In this document: piece after piece, positions 52,554 to 63,731 of the stretch
How the letters are laid out: every line of letters starts with the position of its first letter
How positions within the stretch are numbered: position 1 is the first letter of the stretch
Assembly (NCBI GenBank): GCA_030390025.1
Contig: CM059427.1
Location: forward strand, 158,782,001-158,846,000
Length of the DNA: 64,000 nt
Source of the DNA: Squalus acanthias
Lineage: Eukaryota
Reading direction: 5' to 3'
Program-made: the position numbers and the translations under genes
Notes under the pieces: model-generated
What the model was told of the DNA's origin: nothing
Seen by the model: only the letters and a program-made list of their open reading frames with translations
Database searches by the model: none

Positions 52554-53675
52554 GATGGATTGATTACTACGTCTGGTTCCCTTCTACCATTTGAGTCATA
52601 GCCGTCTGTTCCCAAAACCACTCAGAGCGTGGAGCAGGTCCAGTTGATTAAATTGACATAAGAAAACTACTAAGCACTTGGTCTAAGTATTAAACAAAGC
52701 TTTAATCAACTGTTTTTCAACATGGAGATCTAGTTGTGTCCTTCACTAGTTCCTGTTGAGGAATGTCCTAAGCAAGCTGGGCCCATGCCAGTGTATTTAT
52801 ACGCTCCCTGGACAGCGCCACCAGCAGGCCACCCAGTATTACTTCATACAAGATTCATGTCACTCAGTGCATCATCCGTCTCCAAAACAATCATTCAAAG
52901 TGAACTGACTACTGATAGCTACTAGCCTCGGTCCCCTGTACCTAATGGCTCCTGTGCAAACACACATTGAAATGAGAAAACTAATCCTTGGTCAGTATTC
53001 ATTACTCCTCGTAAAAAAAGATGGTTTATTGTGAACAGAACAGACACCAGCAAGCAGTGGGCAATATTTCTTATCCCTCAAACACCGACTCTGCATTGTG
53101 CACTAACAGGCACTAGAATCTGATTGTTTCCAACAATCAGAGGCTGTACATCACCAGCTACTCCCAATTGCTTCCCAGGCCGAGCTCTCTGTTGGAAATA
53201 ATATCCCACAGCCCCTAATGAATCCTCCAGATTTTCACTTGTCTTATCTGAAAAATCACACTCTAGTAATTGGAGCTCTGTTTGGATTCACTATTCCCTG
53301 TAGTTTTCAGCAATTCACCAACCATCTCTTTGTTGTACAATAACTGTGCAGAAGCAGACAATGAAAACTGAAACAAACAAGGGATTCAAGGATCAAGGCA
53401 AACAGACTGTGGTTCATATTTACAATGAGCTGGCTGATTAGAGACCTGGATGGAGGGAGGGGATAAGATATCAACATAGAATTACATAGAATTTACAGCA
53501 CAGAAACAGGCCATTCGCTGATTATCTTTAACATAATGAAAGATTCAAAGAAATCCAAACTTATCCAAGTACAGCGTGTTAGCCCATCAATGCCTGTCTA
53601 TGTACTTCACAGTAATGTGAGCGGCAAAGGCGGGTATATGGAGTTAGGTCACAGATCAGCCATGATCTCATTGAA

Positions 53676-54487
53676 TAAGAACATAAGAAATAGGAGCAGG
53701 AGTAGGCCATTCAGCCCCTTGAGCCTGCTCCGCCATTCAATAAGATCATGGCTGATCTGATCTTGGCCTCAACTCCACTTTTCTGCCTGTTCCCCACAAC
53801 CCTTGACTAGTAGTTCAAAAATCTGTTTATCTCCACCTTGAATATATTCAATGACCCAGCCTCCACAGCTCTCTGGGGTAGAGAATTCCAAAGATTCACG
53901 ACCCTCTAAGAGAAGAAATTCCTCCTCGTCGCCATCTTAAATGGGCAACCCCTTATTCTGAAACTATGATCCCTAGTTCTAGATTCCCCCACGAGGGGAA
54001 ACATCCTCTCAGCATCTACCCTGTCAAGCCCCTTCAGAATCTTATATGTTTCAATAAGATCCCCTCTCATTCTTCTAAACTCCAATGAGTATCGGCCCAG
54101 CCTGCTCAACCTTTCCTCATAAGACAACCCCTTCATCCCAGGAATCAACCTAGTGAACCTTCTCTGAGCTGCCTCCAATGCAAGTATATCCCTCTTTAAA
54201 TAAGGAGACCAAAACTGTACACAGTACCATAGGTGTGGTCTCACCAAAGCCCTGTACAGTTGTAGCAAGACTTCCCTACTTTTATACTCCATCCCCCTTG
54301 CAATAAAGGCCAACATTCCATTTGCCTTCCTAATTACCTGCTGTGCCTGCATGCTAACTTTTTGTGTTTCATGTACGAGGACACCCAGATCCCTCTGTAC
54401 CGCAGCATTCTGTAGTTGCTCTCCATTTAAATAATATTTTGCTTTTCTATTCTTCCTACCAAAGTGGATAACCTCACATTTTCCCAT
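53676..54487 (-). mobile_element. CR1 3' fragment nested in an older + strand CR1 3' UTR
   Basis: ORF 53906-54487; host 3' UTR continues either side. Confidence 0.88.
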
Positions 54488-54756
54488 GGTGGAACAGACT
54501 CAAGGGGCTAAATGGCCTACTCCTGCTCCTTTGCACCTATGTTACTAAATGACCAATAACAGCAGGTGATAAGAAATCAGCAAACATTTCTATAGTTCCC
54601 ACAGAACTGTGACAGGTAAACACAGTGTATTTGCAAAATATGATTGCAGGCAAAGTCTATCCTTCGCTGTTCCCTCAAATGAGTTTCACTGAAATAAAAG
54701 AAAGATCTTTAGAAGTAAACCCAGGAAACAATAAACGGTACAGAGATTTTAAAATA

Positions 54757-54947
54757 TCTGCAAATGCTGGAAATCGGAAATAAAAACAGAAAATTCTGGA
54801 AACACACAGCAGGTCAGTCACTGTGAAGAGGAAAGATAGTTCGGTTCTGAGCTCCCGGGAAGCTGATCCACCCGAAACATGAACCTGTCTTCTCTTTTAC
54901 ATTCTCTGACTGACCTACTATGTTTTTCCAGCTTTCTGTTTTTATCC
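54757..54947. repeat. Palindromic element built from inverted Penelope-like termini
   Basis: TAAAAACAGAAA..CTGGAAA..AGGTCAGTCA mirrored by TGACTGACCT..TTTCCAG..TTTCTGTTTTTA. Confidence 0.6.
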
Positions 54948-55854
54948 AGCATCACCTATCCTTTTCACAATGGTTGAAAAATACAATGATGTCAAATTAT
55001 ATTTATTGCAGCCATTACTATAACAGGACCAAAATTATTTAAAAAACTACAGCCTAGAAAGAAGTGTACTGAAATTAGCACACCAGCAAATTTGTATGAC
55101 ATTCCTCGGCCTTCTATTTTAGTGGAGATGTTAATTAATTTTTTTTAAATGCAACACCTGTGTTAAAATAAAGGACAGAGCAATATTATCGGAGCATGTT
55201 AAGTATTGATGGGCTAGTGTGGCCAACAGTGATTTCTAATTTAAAAGAGATTGGGGGGTGCATTGGGGTGAAAGCCAATGATCCACGAAATGTACTACTG
55301 TCACACTGGCTAAATGACCCTCCCATCCTCAGGCAGGAGACAAGGTCACAGAGCAAGAAACTGCGTTCAGAACCAGGCCACACTGGAATAAACAGAACAG
55401 CAGCATTCAAAAGGTTAACGTGTTAAGAGTACCAGGCTGTCTATTTCACAGAATAGAAAACATTCAAATAACTTCAACCGCCTATTAATAATTTATAGCT
55501 GTTTTTTTGCACAAAAGTTTGAATTATCTAGTTGTTTGAGTTAATACAGCAAAGTGGGAATTTATTGTGAAAAATTGAATGATCGGAAATGAAATTAAGT
55601 GACTGTGAATTAAGCCTCAAAGTCCATGGTGCTATTGTGCGGAGTGAACCCCACTGACAAGAGTTCACTAGATCTATGCAAGACTCATGTGTGAAATGTA
55701 AATTCACCGTAACTTCAATGATCAAACCTAAACTTCGAAGTGACTTCCCTGAAAGGTGTGGTACAGACACACCTCCCGGGATGGTACTTGTGATCCAAAC
55801 ATACCGCTCTTGATGTAACTTCCTCTTTGTAGTTAAGTTTCAAAACAATGGTTT

Positions 55855-56240
55855 CACAGAATCATAGAATAGTACAGCACTGAAGGAGGCTATTCGGCCC
55901 ATCAAGTCTGCACAGCTCTTTTGAAGAGCAATCCAGTTAGTCCCACACCCTGGCTATTTCCCGAATTTTTTCTCCTTCAAGTATTTATCCAATTCCCTTT
56001 TGAAAGCCACTATTGAATCTGTTTCCATTACCTTATCAGGCAGTGCATTCCAAATCCTAACCACTCGTGTAAAAAAGGTTTTTCCTCAAGTCTCCTCTGG
56101 TTCTTTTGCCAATCACCTTAAATCCTCTGGTTATCGACCCTTCAGCCATTGGAAATAGTTTCTCTTTATTTACTCTATCCAAACTCTTCATGATTTTAAA
56201 CACCTCTATCAAATCTCCTCTGCTCTAAGGAGAACAAGAT
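55855..56240 (-). mobile_element. CR1 3' fragment
   Basis: CR1 3' UTR hairpin, tail and GDLIEVFKIM remnant. Confidence 0.8.
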
Positions 56241-56250
56241 GGTTCAATAC

Positions 56251-56406
56251 CTGTGTTAAAATAGTGGCAACATTTCAACTGTATGTGTAGAGCAGTGAAG
56301 CCAAGCTTCCCTGTCTCGATGCAGGAGGAAGAAGTGGTTTTCTTGTAGATGAGAATAACAACAGCAATAATTAAAAGCAGAACCATCATCCTCAGCAAAA
56401 GGAGAT
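56251..56406 (-). CDS. Transmembrane/proximal cytoplasmic exon (3' part) of Ig-like gene
   Basis: LLLLRMMVLLLIIAVVILIYKKTTSSSC...FNT then G|GTATTG; 5' part separated by a Penelope fragment. Confidence 0.6.
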
Positions 56407-56678
56407 TTGTCCCATTACCATCTCCTTTTGCCTTGCACCATCATCCCTTTCGTCTCTTAATCTCTCCTGCCTTCCATCCGATCACAGACCTTCCCTTTTG
56501 TTCTTTCCTCCCCTGCCCCCTTTCCCTGCCCCTACACTTGCTTAAAAACCTGTTCCATCTCCAGCTTTTTCCAGTTCTGACGAAGGGTCATCGACCTGAA
56601 ACGTTAACTCTGTTTCTCTCTCCACAGATGCTGCCTGACATGCTGAGTATTTCCAGCATTTTCTGTTTTTATTTCAGA
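56407..56678 (+). mobile_element. Penelope-like 3' fragment inserted in the TM exon
   Basis: Aligns with 47120-47380. Confidence 0.75.
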
Positions 56679-56762
56679 CATGTGCAGATAGTAAGATTCT
56701 TTCCAGGGATATTTCCATGTGGCCCAGGTTACTGATTAACTGCCGACTCTCCCGTCCCTTAA

Positions 56763-58135
56763 TACACACACACCCCCCACACACACCCACCCCACCCACA
56801 CACCCCCCTCCACCCACACACACCCACACCCCCCACCCACACACACACCCTCCACCCACACACACACCCCCCCACNNNNNNNNNNNNNNNNNNNNNNNNN
56901 NNNNNNNNNNNNNNNNNNNNNNNNNNNNNNNNNNNNNNNNNNNNNNNNNNNNNNNNNNNNNNNNNNNNNNNNNNNNNNNNNNNNNNNNNNNNNNNNNNNN
57001 NNNNNNNNNNNNNNNNNNNNACACCCCCCCACCCACACACACCCACCCCCCCACCCACACACCCCCCCACCCACACCCACCCCCCCATCCACACCCCCCC
57101 CACCCACCCACACCCACCCCCCCACACCCACCCCCACCCACACAAACACCCCCCCCACACACACCCCCCACCCACACAAACACCCCCCACACACACCCCC
57201 ACCCCCACCCACACCCCCACCCACACACACACACCCCCACCCACACAACCTCACCCCCACTCACCCACACACACACCCCTACCCACACACACCCCCACCC
57301 CCACACTCACCCCCCCACCCACACACAAACACCCCCCACACACACACCCACCCACACACCCCCACCCCCCACACACACAAACTCCCCCCACCCACACACC
57401 CCCACCCCCACCCACACACACACACACCCACCCCCCACCCACACCCCCCACCCACACCCACCCCCCCACCCACACACACACCCACCCACTACCCACACAC
57501 ACACCACACACACACACCACCCCCCCCACCCACACACACCTAGCCCCCACCCACATACCATCCCCCCACCCACACAGCCCACCTCACACGCACCCGCCCC
57601 ACACCCACACTCACCCACCCCCCACCCAGACACACCCAGCCCCACCCACACACACACAGCCCCCACCCACACACAAAGCCCCCCCACCCACACACACCTA
57701 GCCCCCACCCACACAGCACACTTCACACAGCCAATCACATACCCACACACCCACTCACACACTCACACCCACTCCACCCACCACCCCACCCACACACACA
57801 CCCCACTGACACACTCCACCCACACCCACACACACCTCACCGACACACACCCACACACACACCCCACGGACACACACACCCGACTGACACACACACCCCA
57901 CCTATACACACACCCCACTGACACACACACCCCACCCACACACACACCCCACTAACACACACACCCCACTCACACACACACCCCACCCACTCACACACCC
58001 CACTGACACACACACCCCACCCACACACACACCCCACCCACACACACACCCCACTGACACACACACCCCACCCAGGCACACACCCCCACCTACACACACA
58101 CCCCACTCACACACACACACCACATCCAAACACAC
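56763..58135. repeat. C/A-rich (G/T-rich on - strand) low-complexity tandem array containing a 145-N assembly gap (56876-57020)
   Basis: CACACCCCC/CACCCACA repeats seen directly. Confidence 0.97.
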
Positions 58136-58152
58136 ACTAATGTAGATCTTAC

Positions 58153-58470
58153 CCAGATCCTTACTGACAGCTCTCCGAGTCGGCTGATCCAGGGACACGT
58201 GTTTCACTTCACACCAGTAAGTGCGGTTACTCTCCCACACTGCTGTCGGCACAGTGAGCTGGCTCACAGTCCGGTAGGTGCCGTTACTGCCCAAAACCAT
58301 TGCACACTGTGTCACTCCCATATCCACCGGACCAGTCTCATCTCTCCAAGTCACAGAAATATCAACAGGGTAAAAGTCTGACACCAAACAAGTCATTGCA
58401 ACAGTTTGCCCTGCAGGGTCAGTGTCAAGTAAAGGAGAGAAAAGATGGACCACAGGCTGGATGTAACCGT
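58153..58470 (-). CDS. Ig C1-set domain exon 2 (intact)
   Basis: QPVVHLFSP...MTCLVSDFYPVDISVTW...NGTYRTVSQLTVP..VWESNRTYWCEVKHVSL; AG/GT, phase 1-1. Confidence 0.92.
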
Positions 58471-58639
58471 CTACAGCACAGACAGGAACATATCATTAGA
58501 TAAGAGATCAAACAAATATTTACAGCTTTATCACATGCATTAGAGCAAATGTATTTACAGCATGTTAACTGAAGGCAGAGAGCAGTGAGTATCCTGGTAA
58601 AACAGCACCAATAATTTTGTAATAAAGCAGAATGAAGGG

Positions 58640-58775
58640 AATCAAGGGAATCAAGGGATATGGGGATAGGGCAGGGAAAGTGGAGTTGAGCCATGATCTT
58701 ATTGAATGGCGGAGTCGGCTCGAGGGGCCGTATGGCCTATTCCTGTTCCTATTTCTTATGTTCTCATGTTCTTAT
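58640..58775 (+). mobile_element. CR1 3' end fragment
   Basis: GIKGYGDRAGKW motif, 3' UTR and (TTCTTATG)n tail. Confidence 0.8.
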
Positions 58776-60046
58776 GATCAATTAGACGTTAAGACCTCTC
58801 GAAACAGAACATGGTTACGGTTAACATTAGGGCTCATTCTGGTACAACCTGAATACTCCAGCAGCAAGTAAAACACTCAATGGTTCATAAACCATTATAG
58901 CAGACACAGTACAAAGGCGACACAAGCTAATACCGCACCTTATGTTGTGCCTGATAAATAGACTTTGCAGCTATTTAACTAATTAATAAATATTAATAAA
59001 TAAAAATGATAAGCTAAGAGCACAAGGTAGAATGGAGGGAGATAAGGCCTTTCAGCCCATTCTGTTCCTACCAGGTACAACTGACACTGTCACTGACTCT
59101 TCCTAATCTATATGAACTGGTGAGGAAGGTGACTTCCAGGAAGAGAAACTGTCAACTTTCCTCCTGCTCCTGCCTCCCAGAAGATAGAATCATAGAATCA
59201 TAGAGTAAATTGAGTATAAACTCCGAGACATTGATCTAATATTAAAATCTACCTCACTTGAAGTCAATGTATTCGTGGTTGAAATTGCTATGATCCTGAT
59301 AGCCCATCATCCAGTGTTTGGCACAGAATACCTTCCTCTTTTGTCAACACTTAACTGACCAATCTCTATCACAACAAATAATCCTCCAAAAGCTTCCTAA
59401 CTTTGTTAACAAGTACATCTGATAGAAATCTATTTCATAGGAATGTTACTCCATTTTGTAAAATAATAGGAGAATCCACCTTTTATAACTGCCCTGAATA
59501 AAGGCCTATGACCGACTCCACTAGTTCAAGGCAACTGAGTAACTAAATAAAAGGCTTAAGTCTTTTTTACTAACTTTGTTGTTAATAAAGATGACTTCTC
59601 AGAAAAGGGTTTAAAACAGAAAAATAGTCCATTAGCAATTTGTATCCATATTGCTCCACTGTTTATTTACTGCTACGTCTTCACCAATGTTAGTAAAGAG
59701 ATGAATTTATCCCCCATAGGGACAAGAAGGGTTGTAACTGGACAGAGAGGTAAGAGGATTGTTCATTTGCTTTTTCTCCTAGCTTGGAGTTTACAAGTTC
59801 AAGAAAGGTGCTCAGAGTCTCCTCAGATATGGGAATGATATTCCATCCTTGACTAGACTTCGGCCTTTTAGAAAGTGAAGACATGTTAAGGGGTAAATAA
59901 GTGTTTGGCAGGAAAGAGGAAACTGAACTCTTTGGACGAAGTTTTGTCACAATCTGAAAGCAAGATTTTGTGCGTAATTTTAAAACATTTAATTTTAATT
60001 AGGATATATGCAGTAAATAAAAACAAGCACACTGCAGTGTTCTTAC

Positions 60047-60358
60047 CATTTCTTTTCCTCAAACTGTGCCTCATAGGAGATGACAACGTAACATGTTGAA
60101 TTTCACAAGTGTACACAGAGCCAGAGTCCCACTCCCCGACAGCAACTTCACTCACTTCTGGAACTGTAGCTCCATTTGTCTTTAGAACCGGTAGAAGGGT
60201 TTGTGAACTAGAGGCTGACTGATTGTTATTAACCAGCCACCTAAAGGAAATGCTTTCAGGATAAAATCCAACAGCCAGACACACAACTGTTGCTGTCTTC
60301 TTCACATCAATCTCTTCAAAGGTTGTTGGCAAAACATAGATCGATGGTGGAATCGGGT
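60047..60358 (-). CDS. Ig C1-set domain exon 1
   Basis: PPSIYVLP...TATVVCLAVGFYPESISFRW...EWDSGSVYTCEIQHVTL; AG/GT, phase 1-1. Confidence 0.9.
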
Positions 60359-60629
60359 CTAAATGAATAGAGACGGTTATTGCTCAGAATGGTATTGTAC
60401 AGATAATGAGGTGTTTGAACTCAGATAATGGCCAAGAAAGAACTTGCATTTATATGTATAGTGTATTAATCAGGAATGGATCTAGAGATTGTAGTACAGT
60501 GCTTAGCTGCAGCAAAGGTAAGCAAATGGAGTACTGGGTAGCAGATGAAAAGAGGTTGTATTCAAAGACTGCATGGATGAACTACAGAATTTGTTCATCC
60601 CAGTGTGGCATAAGAATAAAACAAAATAG

Positions 60630-62685
60630 GTGACTCAACCGTGGCTAACAAGGGAAATTAGGGATAGCATAAGATCCAAGGAGAGGGCATATAAATTGGC
60701 CAGAAAAAGCAGTAGCCCTGAGGATTGGGAGCAGTTTAGGATTCAACAAAGGAGGACAAAGGGATTAATTAAGAAGGGGAAAATAGAATATGAAAGTAAG
60801 CTTGCTGGGAACATAAAAACTGACTGTAAGAGCTTTTATAGATATGTGAAGAGAAAAAGATTAGTGAAATCAAGTGTAGGTCCCTTGCAGTCAGAAGCGG
60901 GGGAAGTTATAATGGGGAACAAAGAAATGGCAGCCCAATTAAATGCATATTTTGGTTCCGTCTTCACAAAGGAGGACACAAATAACCTCCCAGAGATGTT
61001 GGAGAACATACGGTCTGATGAAAGGGAGGAACTGAAAGAAATTAGTATTTGCAGGGAAATGGTGTTAGGGAAATTGACGGTATTGAAGGCCGATAAATCC
61101 CCAGGGCCTGATAATCTACATCCTAGGGTACTTAAGGAAGTGGCCCTAGAAATAGTAGATGTATTGCTGATCATCTTCCAACATTCGATGGAATCTGGAA
61201 CTGTACCCATGGATTGGAGGGTAGCTAATGTTACCCCTCTATTCAAAAAGGGTGGTAGAGAGAAAGCGGGGAATTACAGACCGGTAAGCCTGACATCGGT
61301 AGTGGGGAAAATGCTAGAGTCCATTATAAAGGATGTAATAGCTGAGCACTTGAAAAACAGTGACAGGATCGGACAAAGTCAACATGGATTTACAAAAGGT
61401 AAATCGTGCTTGACTAATCTACTGGAATTTTTTGAGGATGTAACTGGGAAAATATGTAAGGGAGAACCAGTAGATGTGGTGTATTTGGACTTTCAAAAGG
61501 CTTTCGATAAGGTCCCGCATAAGAGATTAGCGTGTAAAGTTAAGGCACATGGGATTGGGGGCAAGGTATTGACTTGGATAGAGAACTGGTTGGCAGACAG
61601 AAAGCAGAGAGTAGGAATTAATGGGTCTTTTTCCGAGTGGCAAGCAGTGACTAGTGGGGTACCGCAGGGATCGGTCCTTGGAACCCAGCTATTCACAATA
61701 TACATTAATGATCTAGATAAGGGAATTAAATGTAATATCTCCAAGTTTGCAGATGACACAAAGCTGGGTGGGAGTGTGTGCTGCGAGGAGGATACCGAGA
61801 AACTGCAGGATAATCTGGACAGGTTGGGTGAGTGGGCAGAAGCGTGGCAGATGCAATATAACGTGGATAAGTGCGAGGTTATCCACTTTGGTGTCAAAAA
61901 CAGAAAGGCAGACTATTATCTGAATGGCAATAGATTGGGAGAAGGAGAAGTGCAACGAGACCTGGGTGTCCTTGTGCACCAGTCGCTGAAAGTAAGCATG
62001 CAGGTGCAGCAGGCGGTGAAGAAGGCAAATGGTATGTTGGCCTTCATAGCGAAAGGGTTTGAGTATAGGAACAGGGATGTCCTGCTGCAGTTGTACAGGG
62101 CCTTGGTGAGACCACACCTTGAGTACTGTGTGCAGTTTTGGTCGCCTTATCTGAGGAAGGATGTTCTTGCCATGGAAGGAGTTCAGCGAAGATTCACAAG
62201 GCTGATACCTGGGATGGCAGGAATGACATATGAGGAGAGATTGGGTCGATTGGGCTTATACTCACTGGAGTATAGAAGAATGAGAGGGGATCTCATCGAA
62301 ATATATAAAATTCTGACAGGTCTGGACAAACTAGATGCAGGAAGAATGTTCCCGATGGTTGGAGAGTCCAGAACCAGGGGTCATAATCTACGGATAACGG
62401 GTAAACCATTTAGGACAGAAATGAGGAAGAATTTCTTCACCCAGAGAGTGGTGAACCTGTGGAATTCTCTACCACAGAAGGTAGTTGAGGTGAAGTCATT
62501 AAATATATTCAAGGATGAGTTAGATATATTTCTTAAAGCTAAAGGTATCAAGGGATATGGGGAGAAGGCAGGTACAGGGTACTGAGTTTAGATGATCAGC
62601 CATGATCTCATCGAATGGCGGAGCAGGCTCGAGGGGCCGAATGGCCTACTCCTGCTCCTATCTTCTATGTTTCTATGTTTCTATG
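60630..62685 (+). mobile_element. Young 5'-truncated CR1 with an uninterrupted 651-codon RT ORF, nested in an older CR1 within the V-C intron
   Basis: ORF 60630-62585 with NYRPVSL, QHGF, DFQKAFD, PQGSVLG, FADD; no endonuclease domain; (TTCTATGT)n tail. Confidence 0.96.
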
Positions 62686-63301
62686 TATTATTGCTGTATA
62701 AGGCATTGGTTAGATCCAATCTGGAGCATGGTGCACAGTTTGGCTCTTGAAAAGGTACAGTGGTATGAACAATAAAGATGATTTCAGATATCAGGAATTT
62801 ATGATACAAGGTTAAGGAAGTTTGGCTTATTTTCTTTGAAGAAAGACTTCAGGTGACCTCTTTGAAGCTTGAGATTCCGAAGGGACTTGACAAAGCTGAT
62901 CCAGCAAACTGTTCACTGGGGTGCAGGTTCACATACCAGTAGACATAAGTTACAAATCAGGACATTAGGAGTAAAAAGGGAAGTCAGACAAAACTTTTTC
63001 ACTCAAAAGGGTAATGGACTGTAAATTCAGTAAGTTACATGGGAAGGTCATTAAAACGTTTAGCGAGGAGTGATCACATTGTAAGGTGCCGATGGTGAAG
63101 AGGAAACAGATCGACCTCTGCTGACATTTATGACATTTCTCCTCAGCAATTAGATTCCCTCTTGGCTATTTGTACAAAATCGAAACACACTGGTTATATT
63201 TACAATTTCACTACAAATAGTGCACAAGGAAAATATTTCCCTCGGTGTGTGTTAAATATTTGAGATCAGTTATTGTTTCCTTCTGATGAATCCCCACTTA
63301 C

Positions 63302-63646
63302 ATGGTTTTACTTTCAGGGTAGTTCCACATCCGCACCAGTCAGTCTCTTGCTGAAATAATATCTGGTTGTATCCTCCTGTTTCAAGTTGCCAACTTTTAA
63401 AGCAAATTTTCTCCTTTGTTCTGGAAAATTGGGTTGCGATTCCTGACATACGACTAAAGGATGCAGATCCCGGGCTCCAGGACATGAGCCATTTGATTCT
63501 AGAGGTTCCAGGCGGTACATAACCCCACCTTATTAGGCGATCATCTTCATTTCTGCTGGTTAGACATTCCAGTCTCACCGATTGTCCTACTTGACTAATC
63601 ACAGTTGACTGAGTCATTCTCAGATAGGCGTTAGTCAGCACTGGAT
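63302..63646 (-). CDS. VJ-type Ig variable domain exon, light-chain-like
   Basis: RMTQS...VRLEC...IRW...GIATQFS; shifted frame FALKVGNLKQEDTTRYY; back in frame QQETDWCGCGTTLKVKP; T|GTAAGT donor. Confidence 0.85.
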
Positions 63647-63731
63647 CTGAAAAGAAAGGGAGACATAAATGTTCAAGTGAACGCAGATAGGGACAACGAG
63701 GAGAAAAAAAAGTGGGAGATTGGCTTCTTAC

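Larger units (their letters stand above)
48449..52862 (-). mobile_element. Complete Gypsy/Ty3 LTR retrotransposon (frameshifted)
   Basis: 209-bp TG..CA LTRs at 52654-52862 and 48449-48657 (11 differences by eye), 5-bp TSD CTCAG, purine tract next to the 3' LTR; order gag-PR-RT-RH-IN. Confidence 0.97.

Noticed and set aside
56674-58106. Long His/Pro/Thr-rich and Gly/Val/Cys-rich ORFs
   Set aside because: Translations of the CA/GT low-complexity array spanning an N gap
60630-62585. 651-aa ORF as a domesticated host gene
   Set aside because: Begins at the truncation point without ATG or endonuclease and retains the CR1 3' UTR and tail, consistent with a young insertion
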